Part shown: in pieces, positions 41,881-53,899 of the stretch
Numbering within the stretch: position 1 is the stretch's first letter
Layout: every line of letters begins with the position of its first letter
DNA from: a bacterium
GTDB taxonomy: Bacteria; SAR324; NAC60-12
Length of the DNA stretch: 64,000 bases
Direction of reading: 5' to 3'
Assembly (NCBI GenBank): GCA_965233585.1
Contig: CBDDTI010000212.1
Span: forward strand, 1 to 64,000
The notes under the pieces: generated by a model
What the model was told of the DNA's origin: nothing
Database searches by the model: none
The model's input: the letters and a program-made list of their open reading frames with translations, nothing else
Position numbers and translations under genes: made by a program

Positions 41881-43229
41881 TTAATTGGTTCCTTTCATGA
41901 CTTGTTGAAATTGATCTATTTTAATACCGGAGTTAAAAATAGATAAGGCTAGAACGTATATTGGATGGGGAGTGATTTGGGAAAAAGCCAACTCTAAATC
42001 TAAATTTCCATAATTTTCCGGATGTGTGTGGTACGAATTACATTGATCTGGTGTCAAGTCGGCCGCCAGAAAAAATCTTCCATTTATAAAAGCATCATAC
42101 GTCAAGCCAATGGACTGATTGCCGTGCGAAATACCTATACTGTCGTATAAATGCCGATATAAGTCAACGGCGTCCCCCTCCCCTATGTTAGGTTGAAAAG
42201 GTTTGGGAAATACGCATTGCCCGTTCTTTTTTAAATTAAACGAGGAAAGATTAAAGTGTTGAAAATTAAAAGGATTTTTGTCGGGAGCATGCGACATAGC
42301 CTGATTGTGAACCATCACAAAAAACACTTGTTTGGGTAATGTTCCATTAGCAATATTAGCGATGTTAAAAGACGACACGCCTTGAGGAATAACGTAATGT
42401 CTTAAACGTGTAGAGCTAAAAGGTAGGTAGCACGGTTCTTTTAAAAGTTTGTTTTTGAAACTTTCTCGTATTATCAACGTGGGCAACACTTTTCTCATAT
42501 GCAATTTGACATCTTTCAACACAATTTTGAAAGGTTTTGCTGCTGCAGGATCTTGAAGCAAACCAAATGTTTCAGCCGATCTAACCAATTTTATCTTGAT
42601 ATCCACATTTGGTGGTAAGAATCGATCAGTGTCAAACAGATCAACGGCTATACGCGAGTTAAAAAATACTTTTTTTCCGTTTAAAATTAAATTTTTCTTT
42701 TTTTTAAAGAATGAGAGGAAACGTCTTCAGTAATTTTGGTGGTGGTAGTTTCGTCTTCAGTTTCAGGATAATATCCTTCAGCAGCCAGATAAGTGTCTTT
42801 TACGTCAATATTGTAACTTAAATATGATTGTAAAAACATTCTCCAGGGGTAGGTGACCGCCGAACTTAAATCAGCTACTTGAACACCGTTCAAATACACT
42901 TCCACTTGACTAAATAAACAAGCAGCAAAATGATTTACCAACGCGGTTTTACTTGCGTCCGTGACAAAGCCGCCGTCATCATTTGTCACTACAAAATGTC
43001 CACTAAGTCTGGTTTGACTCAGTATAAAAGAACACTCGTTGTCGCGAGGAACAAGAAATTCTACCGGACCGGTGTTGGTGATAGAAGCCACGCTATTGTA
43101 AATAACGTGAGCCCCTTCCAATAGACCCGTTTCTACTTCTAAGGGTGCGTGAAGCGCTAAACCACTTTCTGTGCCATCGTTTTGTTCCACGGCCAATCCA
43201 GCAATTCCGCTTTTGTCGGGCAAGCCCAT
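41881..43229 (-). pseudogene. Major capsid protein (frameshift in homopolymer at ~42690-42705)
   Basis: GPVEFLV, FSQVEVYLNG, DLFDTDRFLPPNVDIKIKL, NPFNFQHFNL and DLTPD motifs. Start at ATG 43229 is inferred. Confidence 0.9.
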
Positions 43230-43236
43230 ACCAAAG

Positions 43237-43779
43237 ATGGAAGTGATGGTCAGCAATGTTAAAATCAGTTGCAAAATTCGTCTCATCGACAGCGACAAAA
43301 TTTCTTTTAATACCGATAATGTACTAAAACATTATAATAATTTTACTGTTGTTAAAAAAAAATATTCTTTTATTGTGTTTACTAAAACAAAGCAAAATCG
43401 AAATTTCCACGTAAATATTACTAAAATCCCTTCCACAGAGCATATACCAAAAGCATTAGACGAATTAAAACTTGTTATAAGTAGTAAATTTATTACTGAA
43501 AAGTTTAAAATAGAAAACATGACTTGTTTGTGCCATATGTCATCAAAAATCAATTTATTAACATTTTACAACAATTTGAAATTAAATGTAGATTTTGAAA
43601 TTATCCAAAAGAGATACGACTCTGAGAAATTTCCTGGAATGTTTTTAACATTAAAGAAGTGTTCTGCTTTAATATTTTCGTCTGGAAAAATAGTAATAAT
43701 TGGAGCTTCCTGCGAAAAAGACGCTAAACAAGGAATAAAAATTATTTATGAATTGCTGAAAAAATATAAAACTGAATAA
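43237..43779 (+). CDS. TBP: TATA-binding-protein-like factor
   Basis: Two-repeat pattern VSNVKISC / IENMTCLC; YDSEKFPGMF...ALIFSSGKIVIIGA matches TBP YEPE.FPGL...LIF.SGK.V.TGA. Confidence 0.88.
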   Translation: MEVMVSNVKISCKIRLIDSDKISFNTDNVLKHYNNFTVVKKKYSFIVFTKTKQNRNFHVNITKIPSTEHIPKALDELKLVISSKFITEKFKIENMTCLCHMSSKINLLTFYNNLKLNVDFEIIQKRYDSEKFPGMFLTLKKCSALIFSSGKIVIIGASCEKDAKQGIKIIYELLKKYKTE

Positions 43780-43885
43780 ATTCAATATAATAAAAGATTA
43801 CGTCGGTTTATTTGTAAAATCAGTCAAATTTTGAACTTCATTCAATAAACAATGGAATTATGTTCAAAAATTAGATTGGATTAAA

Positions 43886-44605
43886 ATGTGCATTCATCAA
43901 TATATAATAGAAGACACCAGACAAGGAGACGTAGTGTGTACTGAGTGTGGTTTAGTTATTGATAAAATATATTGTGAACCAAATTTAGAAACAAAATGGG
44001 AAAAAATAAAAAATTTTAATGAAGAATTTGAACAAAACAGCGAACATTTAAAGAAAGAAAAAAATATTTTAAAAAATTTATGTAATAAATTACATTTAAA
44101 TAATGATGTTACAAACACTATTTTTAATTTGTGGTCAGAAATAGCAGCGTGGCATTATCAAAAAAATGGAAAAATTAAAATTAATCCAAAAGGCTTAATT
44201 GCTATGGCATTGTATCAAAGTTTAATAGAGGAAAAAATTCCCCGTCCAATAAGTCATTTGTGTCAGGAAATTGGTATTAGTCCAAAAACGGTATGGCGAT
44301 GGATAAAATTATACAGACAAGATTCGACCAACACAATTAAAACAGAAAATTCTATAAAAGCAAAAGATATGGCAGAATATTTTTTACAGCCTCTACAGTT
44401 AAATTATCAAGAGATGACAACTATAAAAGAAAAACTAAATAAAAATGAAAATAGTTCTTTTGCTCCTAGGACTTTATTAGCAGCATGTGCTTATGCCTTT
44501 TTAAAAGAAACAAGAGCACTATATCCGAGCGTCAAAAATACGGCTCGTATTTTAGGCGTCAGTGTTATGTCTTTATACAGATGTCTTAAAAGTCTAGAGC
44601 AATAA
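43886..44605 (+). CDS. TFIIB: TFIIB-like transcription factor
   Basis: Zinc ribbon C.H..IIED...GDVVCTECGLVI followed by two cyclin-like repeats (PKGLIAMALY..., PRTLLAACAY...ARILGVS). Confidence 0.88.
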   Translation: MCIHQYIIEDTRQGDVVCTECGLVIDKIYCEPNLETKWEKIKNFNEEFEQNSEHLKKEKNILKNLCNKLHLNNDVTNTIFNLWSEIAAWHYQKNGKIKINPKGLIAMALYQSLIEEKIPRPISHLCQEIGISPKTVWRWIKLYRQDSTNTIKTENSIKAKDMAEYFLQPLQLNYQEMTTIKEKLNKNENSSFAPRTLLAACAYAFLKETRALYPSVKNTARILGVSVMSLYRCLKSLEQ

Positions 44606-44613
44606 GAAAATAT

Positions 44614-45015
44614 ATGAATTACCACAGCGGCTTACGTTGGCAACGAGGCTCGGGAATCGGATCACTTTTTTCCGGAATCTTTCGCGGTTTAATGCCGGTA
44701 GCAAGATCAGCGGTAAAAACTATTGGAAAAGTGGCTAGAAGCGCACCGATAAGATCCGCAGGTAAAGCTTTGAAAAAAGAGGCGACAAAGGCGGCGGTAG
44801 AAACTGCATTAGAGGCTTTGGAGGGTCAACCGGTCGGCAGAAAAGCTAAACAACGTTTAAAATCAGCTACTCGCGGTATTTTGCTTAACGCTGCTAGACA
44901 AGCAGATACCAACAACGAATATCGAGCTCAAAATTCGAGCAGAAAGAGGAAAACCCCGTCAATTGCTAAATCTAGGAAAAAAAGACGGAGAATAACTAAA
45001 CAACCCCTGTTTTAA
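44614..45015 (+). CDS. PW-like basic/amphipathic virion protein
   Basis: QRGSGIGSLFSGIFRGLMP motif typical of Maverick PW, plus an Arg/Lys tail. Confidence 0.82.
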   Translation: MNYHSGLRWQRGSGIGSLFSGIFRGLMPVARSAVKTIGKVARSAPIRSAGKALKKEATKAAVETALEALEGQPVGRKAKQRLKSATRGILLNAARQADTNNEYRAQNSSRKRKTPSIAKSRKKRRRITKQPLF

Positions 45016-45021
45016 AAAGAA

Positions 45022-46105
45022 ATGACAACAAAAGAGATTTTTTTAAAAGAATATGCAAGACCAGGCTCACCAATAGCTTTTGCATCTCCTGCGTTGATTT
45101 ATTATTATTATGGAAAAAAAATTCCCTTGACGACAATTGAAGAATGGTTAAAGGGAACTGATTCTTACACACTTCATAAACAACCAAAATTACCTAAACC
45201 TAGAAATCCAACATTTGCTTATCATAAGAGATATCAATTTCAAATTGATCTTATAGATTTAGGAAATTTGATCGAAGAAAATGACGGGAATAGATACCTT
45301 TTAACAGCTATTGATATTTTTACACGATTCGCGTTTGTAGAACCCTTAAAAAATAAAACAGCAAAAACTTTTATGGAGGGATTTGAGTCTATTATGAAAA
45401 GAGCAAAAAAGTTTCCTCGTAGAATTTTAGCTGATAAAGGCGCAGAAATAAAGAATAAATTGTTTCAAGCCTACTGCAAAAACAATAACATTCTTCTATT
45501 ACACAGCAACAATTTTGTGCACGCCCCTTTTGTGGAAAGATTTAACCGAACTTTAAAAAATCTGATGTTTAAATACATGACTCACGAAAATACAGATAGG
45601 TACATCGACGCGTTACCTTTTCTTGTTCATACCTACAACCATCGTAAACATCGTATGATTGGGATGTCACCCGCTGAAGCTGAGCTCCCCGGTCGGACTT
45701 ATTTTATTAGAAGAAAACAGGAATTGCATTATTCAAAGTTTAAAAGAAAAAGACCAAAATACAAAATTGGTCAAACCGTGCGCATTAGCATAATGAAGGG
45801 AAAATTTGACAGAGGTTTTACACAACAATTTAAGGAAGAAATTTTTAAAATAAAATCAATTTTTACTCGTTTGCCTAAACCTACTTATGAATTGGAAACT
45901 TTAGAACAGGATGAAACTCTGGAAGGAAATTTTTATGAGAGTGAACTTACTCCCGTGAATGAGCCGGAATTATTTGTGATTGAAAAGGTTTTACGAACAA
46001 AAAAAGATAAAAAAAACAGGCGAAAAAATGGTTTTGGTGAAATGGAAAGGGTATAAAAACCCTAGTTGGACATATGAGAAAGATGTAGTTGATGTGTCAC
46101 AATAA
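45022..46105 (+). CDS. Retroviral-like DDE integrase with C-terminal chromodomain (extra A at ~46010)
   Basis: YTLHK, FQIDLID, LADKGAE, VERFNRTLK. Shifting frame in the A-run gives MVLVKWKGYKNPSW to TAA at 46103-46105. Confidence 0.92.
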
Positions 46106-46111
46106 CGTGGA

Positions 46112-47874
46112 ATGGATTATAACATTTATTGCGTGTCAAACGCTGGTTCCAATACGGACGTCAAAAATACTTTAAATTCCTTTACCAATTTATTTCCGCA
46201 AAATTTAGATTTGAAAAATAGAGAATGGGAAATTGGAATAGTATCTATGGGGTTACATTATAATTACAACCAATTAACCATGACAAAAGGTCAAATCGGT
46301 GTCATAACGCTAAAAAACGAATTAACATCTATAAATTCTTCAGAAGAGGACATAAAGACTGAGATTTTAGACCAGACAAAATCCGTTTGGGTTTTGCCTG
46401 ATTTAGATGAAGAGGATTTGACAGTTTATAGATTAATGCAAAACTTGATGCAATATATTTACAAGGAAGGAATGAAATTGACTAGTGCTGACCTCAAATC
46501 AGACGGTGAAAATAAAAGAGTCTACATAATTGAAGAAGGTCCTAAAAAAGAAACCGAAAATGAGACGGAAAATGAAAATTACAATTATAATAGATACTTA
46601 CTAATTCATCAACATTTAATAAAAATTATAAAGTTAAGATGTTATAAAGACGGAGTGTTATTTTCTGGAGAAAAATCAATTAAATATTTTGGTAACGAAT
46701 ATGTGTATTATCCGTTACAAAAAAATTTTAGGTTTCAAACCATAGCAAATAAAGTGACTTCCGTTTTAAAACCCGGTTTAGTTCACGTAAAATCAAATAT
46801 TATTTCCGACGTTCCTAACAGTGATAATTATTCCACAATTATGTTTACAACAACTTTACCTAAGCAAATGGAGGGTCATTATTTTTACCATAATGTAAAA
46901 AAGGTCAGATATTATCAAGTGCGGCAAACCAATATTGAGACGATAAACTCTCAATTCACAGATGCTTTTGGAAATCTTTTAAGCTTAAACGAAGGTCAAC
47001 CGTCTCTAATTCATTACCATTTGAGGGAGAAAGAAAAAAACATGGATCACGAATTGAGACACGTGCGAATCGATTCGAAAGTAGATGCCAAATTGGATTA
47101 CGAAAATACAAATAGTAGCTTTTGGGTGCATTTAAAACATCCGCTGCATTTAAATCCAAACGCGAAAATTGCCCTGATGGATATTTCTTTTCCCGACAGC
47201 ATATGTAGCATTCCAGAATCAATCGCTAATGAACCAATAATTATAAAACTGGTTAAGGATGAAAACATAGAGGAAGAACACAAATTGAATATACCAAAAA
47301 ATTATTTTTGTGACTCTAACGATTTAACAACGGCAATGAATGATTTATTGACAGAAGAATTAAAGGAACTAGTATATTTTGAAAACGTCAATGGATATTT
47401 AAGAATTACGGCTAAAACTAATCAAATTTTTATAATTGGATTTCCAAAAAGCCTCTGTCCAATTTTAGGAATGTACGATTACCCCCTGGAAGAAAATCAA
47501 AGAGTCTCTGATGAAAACAACTACCATTTTTTTGCTGTGAGAAATTACTCACTTTATCAAGCACCACAACCAGACATTTACAAATAGACATTTACAAACT
47601 GTATCCTGGTGTTATGATTTGTTATGCCAATTTTGTTCAGCATTCTATCGTCGGAGACAAATTTTACCCAATACTTAGAATTATTCCCACGATCGGCCAG
47701 TCAAAACAAAATGACTACTGCTCTATCCATTTTGAGCATTTAGAATTTATAAAATGCAATGTTGATTATTTAGACAACATGAAGATCGAATTGAGGAGAT
47801 TAGACGGAGACTTGATTGAATTCGACGACAAAAAAAGTGTTGTTTTAAATATTGTAATTAAAAACCCAATTTAA
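46112..47874 (+). pseudogene. Minor capsid (penton) protein with two tandem penton-like domains; broken by a 14 nt duplication at ~47572-47598
   Basis: Motif S....NT..SF...(L/F)...L.L....I appears twice; C-terminal SIVGD..PILRII. AGACATTTACAAA is duplicated. Confidence 0.82.
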
Positions 47875-47885
47875 ATTTTATTTTA

Positions 47886-48195
47886 TTAAAACGAATCATT
47901 TAAAGACAATGAATTATTGGTAAAATTTACCAAAGAAAGTTCTAAAGTACGATTTGTCAAAGCGAGTGATTTTAAAGCGTTACAAGTTGATACTGATAAT
48001 AACCATATACAAGCGCAAATAGCAATAATAATAGTAACGATCATTCCAATCAAACTACAGAAATCAGTACACAGGTCAGGGTAAAAACGGTAGAGGCTAG
48101 GGAGATTGCAAATCTTGATGAAATTGATCCAATTCTTCAAAACGGTGGTTTGGTTCTGAGCGTTGACGCATATTTGGTTGAACGGCGTTGTTCAT
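47886..48195 (-). pseudogene. Small single-pass membrane protein (probable frameshift near 48100)
   Basis: ATG at 48195 overlaps the upstream stop; TM LIGMIVTIIIAICACIWLL and NRT/NFT/NNS/NDS sequons lie in another frame. Confidence 0.45.
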
Positions 48196-48575
48196 ACTTC
48201 TTCTTCAAAAACTGAGTGTTGTTCCAAACAAAAATCTTTGCACAACAATTTCATGCAAAAAGATGCATAAAAATGAAACACTTTTAGTTCGTTTTGGATT
48301 TCACGATACCACCACAACCTGGTAGCTGAGTCGCCAGAATTATTAGGTTTTCCAAGAAGTTTGTCTTTGAGGCAGGTCCTGTAGTTTACCAATTCACTGT
48401 CCAATGATTCCAAAGACTCGTTGATTCTGCGAAGATGAGCAGAAATGCGACGCATACAATGCACAACGTGGGTTGGATCTGAAGTATTGTAAATACCGGC
48501 TTCGTCAGGACCAGAATCCCAGTCAGAATTATGCGGTGATCCTGATGTTGGTTGGTTGTTGACTTGTCCACCCAT
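48192..48575 (-). CDS. Small helical protein, paralogue of 3192-3497
   Basis: Shared motif pattern with the left-end ORF. Confidence 0.7.
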   Translation of the reverse strand: MGGQVNNQPTSGSPHNSDWDSGPDEAGIYNTSDPTHVVHCMRRISAHLRRINESLESLDSELVNYRTCLKDKLLGKPNNSGDSATRLWWYREIQNELKVFHFYASFCMKLLCKDFCLEQHSVFEEEV

Positions 48576-48951
48576 TCTGCACGACTGAAACAACATTTAA
48601 CATAGACACAACTAATAAATAAAAGCGTGCTCGGCAAATATTTGGGCGAGTCGAAAAAAGCATGAAAAAGCATGAGAAATAGAGATGGTCTTCGGAATTA
48701 TTTTAAGTGGAGTAATAACTCACAATTTTAAAATAAATGCGCGAGATAAAATAAAATTGAAAAATTTTAACCCCACACATTTATTAAAAAACCATGAGAA
48801 AAGAGATGTCTTGATATTCGAAACGATTGAAAACGACTGTGAGTTGTATTTTATCAGGATTGGATGAAAACTTTGATTTGCGCGATCAAATTTTTGTCTT
48901 ATCAAAAACAACATTAGAAATTCTTCTTTTTAAAATTTGGAGGTTGAAAAA

Positions 48952-49015
48952 TTACATTTGAGCAGGTTTGGAGCAAAAGGATGGAATTTTAAACAATTTA
49001 CGTTCTCAGAACCTT
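48952..49015 (-). repeat. Remnant of right TIR
   Basis: Imperfect reverse complement of 3001-3066; the outer part is absent. Confidence 0.72.
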
Positions 49016-50385
49016 TCTTCACGCTTTAAAATTAAAAACAAATTGGCCTTGTGCCAGGCGGCTTAAAAATCGACTTTGATAGACCCGTCTTCCTCTCTCT
49101 CAGCATCCAATAGCATCACTTTTGGATTCATCCTTGGGGATTTGTATTTTTGAAATTATTTTATGGCTTTTTTTACTATGAGGAACATTGGTCTACAATA
49201 GCATTCAGCTGCAAAAAATTCAGAGTTTATTATAAGGAATTCATTTCATATACAATTGGGTTCAGTGAAATTTACACCTTTTTTAAAAATGGTTTTCCCA
49301 AACCTTAATCAAACTGGAATATTTTAGTTGGATTTGAACTGTGATACATGGGCTTGAAATGGCATGAAAATTGATGGATTGATATTTTTATCCAGTTCAG
49401 GTAATGCCATCAAACAAAAATATTTCATTTTGCCACACAATTACATGTGAATTGTGTGGACGAAAAAAGATGGCCAGTCCATACCTCACAGAAATGGTAG
49501 AGGAGTGAAAGGAGTTTTCTTTGAGTATCCACTGTTTGTGTATTTCCTTTATTGGGCTGTCTATGGGTTGAGCATGGAAATGCATAACTTTGAATGTACA
49601 TGATTGCATAACCCCATAACTTTTGAACAAAAACAAAAAAGTTTATGCCAGTGAAACTTTAAGCAGTCTATTCAGCTGTCCAACAAATTGTTCAGGAATT
49701 TAATTGCTTAATAATTATACCTGCTGATAACATTATTGCTTTGACTATCCATGTTTATAGCAATCACGGTCAATTTATGGAAAAAATATCTTAAAGTTAT
49801 TAGAATGTCCTTTAATTTTCGTGATTTTTTCCTTTCATTCCTTTTTAGGATTTGTGCCCTTATTCGTCTGAAAATCATTCAAAAAATATGGTAAACAGGA
49901 TTTTTATATGCCATAAAAATTCTGCACAACACCAACTTCACAAAAACAATTTTTTCCCCAAATAATTCTAGGAAAAAAGGTAACCGATGGCATCTTAAAC
50001 ATTCAGACTGAATCAATTCAAAAATGCACTCATCTATAGAACTGCATTGGTTATTTATGGATTCCTTGCACTTGGGGGGAGTGGACGCGACCTTGCTTTT
50101 GGGGGTCTCCTGGCCGGCCCCGGAAACAAGCCCTAAAGGAAAAGGAAATTTCATCATGCAGGACGTGACAAAATCACTATTATATTTGCACTGCGAAAAA
50201 ATATATCTCCATGTGATTTGGAGCATTTGTTTTCCGCGAAACCAAAGCCCAAATACGCAAAAAATTAGCGGTTTTGCAAAAAACTGCCTCTTTGAAGATT
50301 GACGGCGACCATTTGACCTTAGAAGCGGTAACATGACGTGTTACAAGACATTTGGAGATGCACAAAATGCTCGAATGTAGGTCAG

Positions 50386-51920
50386 ATGCCATTTGACATT
50401 TGCCATTCGACATTTGCCATTGGACAAATGCCATTAGTTCAATTTGCCACTTTTAACATTGCCATTGGTACATTTGCCACCAATGACTTTTGCCAGAAGT
50501 ACCAATTGCCACAAGTTACTTTGCCTCCCGAGCTGTAAGCCATTGGGACAATTGCCATCAAGGCAAATGCCTTTAGTCACTTATGCCAGTGAGATTATTG
50601 CCATTTGAGACATTTGCCTGGTTTTATAAAATGAGACTTTTGCCTCCAGAAATGCTTGCCATTTGAGTCATTTGCCATTATTTTGATATTTCATTATTCT
50701 AAAAGACTTTTGCCTGTGGTAATGATTGCCATTTAAGACATTTGCCATTATTTAATATTTTTATTGCTTCAGGAGACTTTTGCATGCAGGGATGTTTGCC
50801 AGTCCAGACATTTGCCTGGTTTTATAAACTGACACTTTTGCCTCCAGAAAGGTTTGCTATTTCAGACATTTGCCATTATATAGATTTTTCATTACTCAAG
50901 GAGACATTTGCCAAGCAAGATGTTTGCCATTTGAGACATTTGCCATTATTCAGATCTTTAGTGCTTCAGGAAGCTTTTGCCTGCAGAAACATTTGCCATT
51001 TGGGACATTTGCCATTATATAGATTTTTATTACTCCCAAAGGCTTTTGCCATTTGAGACATTTGCCATTATTTAGATTTTTATTTATCCAAGAAACATTT
51101 GCCTGCAGAAATGTTTGCCATTGGGGACATTTGCCATTATTTAGATTTTTATTTATCCATGAAGCATTTGCCAGCAGAAATGTTTGCCATTTTGGACATT
51201 TGCCATTATTTCGATTTTTATTACTTTAGGGGGCTTTTGACATTTTGGCCAATTGCCATTTTTTAGGTATTACTTGGGGGGGGCTTTTGCCACTTGGGCC
51301 ATTTGCCATTATTTACATTTTTATTATGTCAGGGGGCTTTTGTCATTTGGGCCATTTGCCACCATTTAGATTTTTATTGCTCCAGTGGCCTGCTGCCATT
51401 TGGGACATCTGCCATTATTTGGATTTTTATTACTCCAGGTTGCTTTTGCCTTTTGGGTCAGTTGCCATTATTTAGTTTTTTTATTGATCCAGGAAGCTTT
51501 TGCCTGCAGAAACGTTTGCCATTTTGGACATTTGCCATTATTTAGATCTTTTTTTTAGTCCAGGATGCATTTGCCATTAGGGATGTTTGCCATTATTTGG
51601 ATATTTATTACGCCAAGAGGCTTTTGCCATTTGGGACATTTGCCATTATCTAGAATTTTATTGATTAAGGAAGCTCTTGCCAGCAGAAAAATTTGCCATT
51701 TGTGACATTTGCCATTTTTTATTGATCCAAGAAGCTTATACCTGCAGAAACGTTTGCCATTTTGGACATTTGCCATTATTTAGATCTTTTTTAGTCCAGG
51801 AGGCTTTTGCCATTAGGGATGTTTGCCATTTTTTAGATATTTATTACTCCCAAAAGGCTTTTGCCATTTGGGACATTTGCCATTATTTAGATTTTTATTT
51901 GATCTAGGAGGCTTTGGGCA
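50386..51920. repeat. Degenerate TTTGCC(A)-based satellite
   Basis: Dozens of CATTTGCCATT variants in ~50-65 bp higher-order units. Confidence 0.9.
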
Positions 51921-53808
51921 AATAAAAAAAAGTGGAGTGCAAACAATGAGCTATAATAGGTCCACTGTTTTCACTCTATTTTTTTTTATTGGTATTACCA
52001 AACTTTTTTTTACTCAATTTTTTTCTATCTCACAATAGAACATTTGGGGAAAAACTTTGGTTGAAAAAACCTGTCCAAAACCCCAGTTTTTTAGGGGAAA
52101 TAAATGAAATTGCTATCAGGGGAACAGAACACAAGCAGAGGCCAAGCCCCTGGTGAGTCATAGAGTTACTCTGGCAATAGATGGGCAGTGTCTGTTAGAC
52201 ATTAAAAATGAGTTTGATTGATCCACATATTGATAGCACTTCTATTTTTCAAAAAAACCTTTTTTGGGAAACTTTGGTGACAAAAAACCTATGAAAAAAT
52301 CCGGGTTTGGGGGTAAATAAATGAAATTGTAACCAGGGAAAGAGAACAGTGATAGAGGCACCTGTCCATCTTCTTTTGTTGTTGTTTACATTTGATTTGG
52401 CAGCTTGAGATGTCAAACTCAGAGATGTTCAAGTACTTCTAGAGTGCTATGTCTGAGAAAAGAAATGGTTCACAGAATGCAACAAGAAAACTAATCTTGG
52501 TTGAAATCTGCTTAGCAGAAAATTACGCATCCCAATATTATCTCTGGTTCAAACTGGATAACTTTTTAACCATTCCTGTATGATCTTGATTAGCATTCTA
52601 TAATTACTGGAACCTCTTTGGTCAAAGCAAATGCTGACTCATAGAGATAATCTGTCATTAGATGGATAGTCTCTGTCAGATATTAAAGATGTGAAACTAT
52701 GTACCCAAAGTGAAAGAAGATTGTTTGCTTGGTCAAGTTGGAGGAATTCTCTTTTAAAAAATTTTGATTTTTATAAAACTTACTTTTTATTTAGCTATTG
52801 GATGTAAAAATAGTTTTTATATCTTCAAATCAAAAAAATCATATCTAAACTAAAATTTAATATTATAGATAATGCATTGATACTATTGGACTCTATGAAT
52901 AAAACTTTCTGCAATGTCCATAAGCTCATGGTCCACCAAGGTTTTTCCAAGCACAAAAGCTGAGGTTTCAAGGTAAAGGTAATTTAGTTTTAAAAAGTCA
53001 TGAAAACAAAATATAGAGTTCCAAAGCTCTCACTAGACTCTCCTGAGACCGCCTGATGGCAGACTGTGGAGGGCAGAAGGTGCCTTGGTCACCTGTCTCA
53101 AGTCCCCCACCCCACCTTGATTTTTTGACTTTTGCAACCAAACTGCCACCCAAACCAGCTTTGGCGCAAGATTCAATCAGAGCCAATGGTGAAATGCCCC
53201 CCACCCCCGGTTTTTAGTGCATTATGATGGCCTGGTCTGGCCAAGACCATGAGGTTTCTGAAGATGAGGATGTGGTCTGGGATGGATCACCTCTCCATGA
53301 ACACATGAAGGAGATTGGGTTGGACTGCAATGGTGCTGTCCAAAGATCCAGACAAGTCCAGAGGAAGCCAGAGAAGCCAAAGACTTGGAAGAAAAAGACT
53401 GCCCAAGGACAGGATATTGGAAGTCAAGGTTGCAGGCAGCTCATTCAAAGTGATCTTCTTGTGCAGGAAGATCAGGACTTTGTTGGCAACTTTGTCCTCA
53501 CCGATGAAGCCCTGGAGCAACACCGTGATGCTCTCCAAGAGATGGAGAGCCAGCAGCTCAAGGGGACACTGGCAGATGCTCTCTTGTTCTTTTATATTAT
53601 ACTATACTGGCAAACCCGTGGCACTTCTCCTTCAACTAAGCTAGGGTCCGGCGTCTGGAGTTCAGGATTTGGGGTTTGGGGTCTGAGATTTGGGATCAGG
53701 GATATGGGATCTGTTGCCTGAGGACTGCTATCTGGGTTCTGTGGCTTGGAATTTAAAACTGGGGTCTGGGATTCAAGATCTGGGATTGTCGGTCTGGTAT
53801 TTTGGGTC

Positions 53809-53891
53809 AGTGATTCAGGGTCAGTGATTCAGGGTCAGTGATTCAGGGTCGGGTCAGTGATTCAGGGTCAGTGATTCAGGGTCAATGATTC
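53809..53891. repeat. 14 bp minisatellite (TCAGTGATTCAGGG)n
   Basis: About 6 visible copies. Confidence 0.9.
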
Positions 53892-53899
53892 ATGGTCCA

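Larger units (their letters stand above)
29716..49015 (+). mobile_element. Maverick/Polinton copy B (lacks left ~2.8 kb and the outer right TIR)
   Basis: Begins at the equivalent of 5484. Carries pPolB, ATPase, protease, MCP, TBP, TFIIB, integrase and penton. Ends in an inverted match to 3001-3066. Confidence 0.93.

Noticed and set aside
50742..52038. Several GHLPLFRF-type ORFs
   Set aside because: Translations of the TTTGCC satellite with frequent stops.
53224..53721. Overlapping ORFs as a host gene
   Set aside because: No recognisable motif; runs into low-complexity repeats; probably a decayed fragment.
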